From Vicugna vicugna (taxonomy: Eukaryota), in assembly GCA_013265495.1 (NCBI GenBank), contig MU058528.1, positions 62,001 to 126,000 on the forward strand: a DNA stretch of 64,000 nt, read 5' to 3'. This document shows, one piece after another, positions 62,350 through 64,000 of the stretch. A program made the translations under genes and the position numbers. Positions within the stretch are counted from its first letter, which is position 1, and every line of letters begins with the position of its first letter. The notes beneath the pieces were generated by a model. The model saw only the letters and a list, made by a program, of their open reading frames with translations, had not been told where the DNA came from and searched no databases.

Positions 62350-63665
62350 TTTTCATTCACTTTATTTCAGTCGCTCTGCTAGGTGTGAAATGGTATCTCA
62401 TTGTGGTTTGAACTTATGTTTCTTGAATGACTGGTGAGTTGGAACACCCTTTCTGTGTTTATTGGTCATTTGGTATCTTATTTGTGAAACGCCTTTAACA
62501 TTTCATGTCAATTTTTCTATTAGGTTGTCTGTCTTACTCTAATTAATTTATAAAAATGTTTGTATAGTATGATAACAAGCCCTTTGTGAGTTGTGTGTCT
62601 GGTGAGGTTTTTCTACCCATCCATGGCTTGCTTTTTCACTCCTTTATGGTGCCTTTTGATAAATTTACTAGTTTTTATATTGCCCAAGTAATCAATCTTT
62701 TCCTTCATAACGACTACATTTTATATCTTATTGGGGAAATAATTACTGATACAAAGGTCATAAAAGTAATCTCATATGTTATCTCTTAGAAAGTTTATTG
62801 TTATTTTTCAGATTTAGATACATAATCTGCCTGGAACTGACTGTTGCCTAGGGTGTGAGGTAGGAGCTAAGTTTCAGTTTTTTCCTTGTGGATATCAGCT
62901 TGTCACTATGCCATTCATAAAGAGCCCTTATGTCCTGGTCTACAGTGCCGCCATCATCATAAATCATGTTTCCATATATGTGGGGGTCTTTTCGTGACTC
63001 TATTCTGTTCCATTGATCTACTTGTCAAAACTTTGTCAAAACCATGCTGTGCTTGGTGATTTTCTTGGAGAGAAAAAAGTTACTTTTCTGGATTCCACTT
63101 AAGAAAACCCAAGGGTGGTAAAATATGTAGACATTTTATATGGTTATACATGTTTATTTAGGTATAATTCATATACAGTAAAATTCACTCAGGTGTACAG
63201 TGCTATGTCTTTTGACAAATGCAGACAGGCATCTATCCACCACCATAATCAAGATCAAGAAGATTTCCCAAATTCCCTCAGGCCCCTCGTAGCCAGCACT
63301 TCCCCCTACTCTCAGCCCTTGACAAACTCTGGTCCGTTTTCTGCTCCTACAGTGTTCATTCTCTTAGTGTCTTTTCCAGATTAGGTATTTTTAACTTGGA
63401 TGAAGTCCAATTTATCATCTTTTCTTTATGGATCAAGCTTTTGGTGTTGTGTCTAAGCAATCTTTCCTGATATTACACAATTTTTCTCCTGTTGTTTTAC
63501 ATTCAAGTCTATGATCTGTTTTGAATTAATTTTTGTATAAGTTGTGAAATGTGAATCAAGGTTTTATTTGTTTTTGCATATGAATATTCAGTTGTTTAAG
63601 TACCATTTGTTGAAAAGACTTTCTTTTCTCCAGTGAATTGCCTTTGCACCTATGTCAAAAGTCAA
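62350..63665 (-). mobile_element. Old L1M fragments (ORF2 3' region and 3'UTR pieces)
   Basis: ggtgtgaaatggtatctcattgtggttt, ctctattctgttccattgatcta and accatttgttgaaaagact...gaattgcctttgcacc. Confidence 0.75.
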
Positions 63666-63669
63666 TTTA

Positions 63670-64000
63670 TACATGGAATCTAAAAAAAAGATAAATGAAT
63701 TTATTTACAAACCAGAAACAGACTCATAGACAGAAAACAACCTTATGGTTACCAGGGGGGAAGAGGGGGGGAAGGGATAAATTGGAAGTTTGAGATTTGC
63801 AGATACTAACTGCTATATATAAAATAGATAAACAATAAGTTCATACTGTACAGCACTGGGAACTATATTCAATGTCTTGTAGTAACCTATAATGAAAAAG
63901 AATATGAAAATGAATATATGTATGTTCATGTATGACTGAAGCATTATGTTATACACCAGAAATTGACACAACATTGTAAACTGACTAGACTTCAATTAAA
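63670..64000 (+). mobile_element. Young camelid-type LINE-1 3' end, running to the window edge
   Basis: acaaaccagaaacagactcatagac...ccagaaattgacacaacattgtaaactgactagacttcaattaaa. Same family as 27282-27961. Confidence 0.9.

Noticed and set aside
1..64000. The many short ORFs (60-169 aa) in the six-frame track as genes
   Set aside because: No recognisable protein family apart from L1 ORF2 debris. Many lie in repeats or start at non-ATG codons, as expected by chance in mammalian non-coding DNA.

Overview
Mammalian nuclear DNA, very probably camelid (alpaca, llama or camel), judged from two tRNA-derived Vic-1-type SINEs and camelid-type L1 3' ends. I recognise no protein-coding gene, RNA gene or processed pseudogene. 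The only ORFs with recognisable protein homology are decayed LINE-1 ORF2 pieces. The window is a non-coding intergenic, intronic or lncRNA-type region layered with transposable elements: L1 of several ages, L2, MIR, MaLR MLT1 LTRs, ERV1/ERVL solo LTRs and hAT/Tigger relics. Several have readable target-site duplications (TSDs) and several are nested. The most notable observations are: a solo LTR at about 40.2-40.8 kb with 7 reverse CCAAT boxes, 2 octamers, TATA, polyA signal and a 4x13-bp array; an L1 whose 5'UTR is joined directly to the end of ORF2; a three-layer MLT1>ERV1 LTR>SINE nest followed by CpG-retaining, motif-rich unique DNA; a nested fold-back tandem duplication at 43.5 kb; and strong orphan splice signals. 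No new biological system can be demonstrated from the sequence alone. Repeat family names come from recalled consensus sequences, and boundaries without TSDs are approximate.
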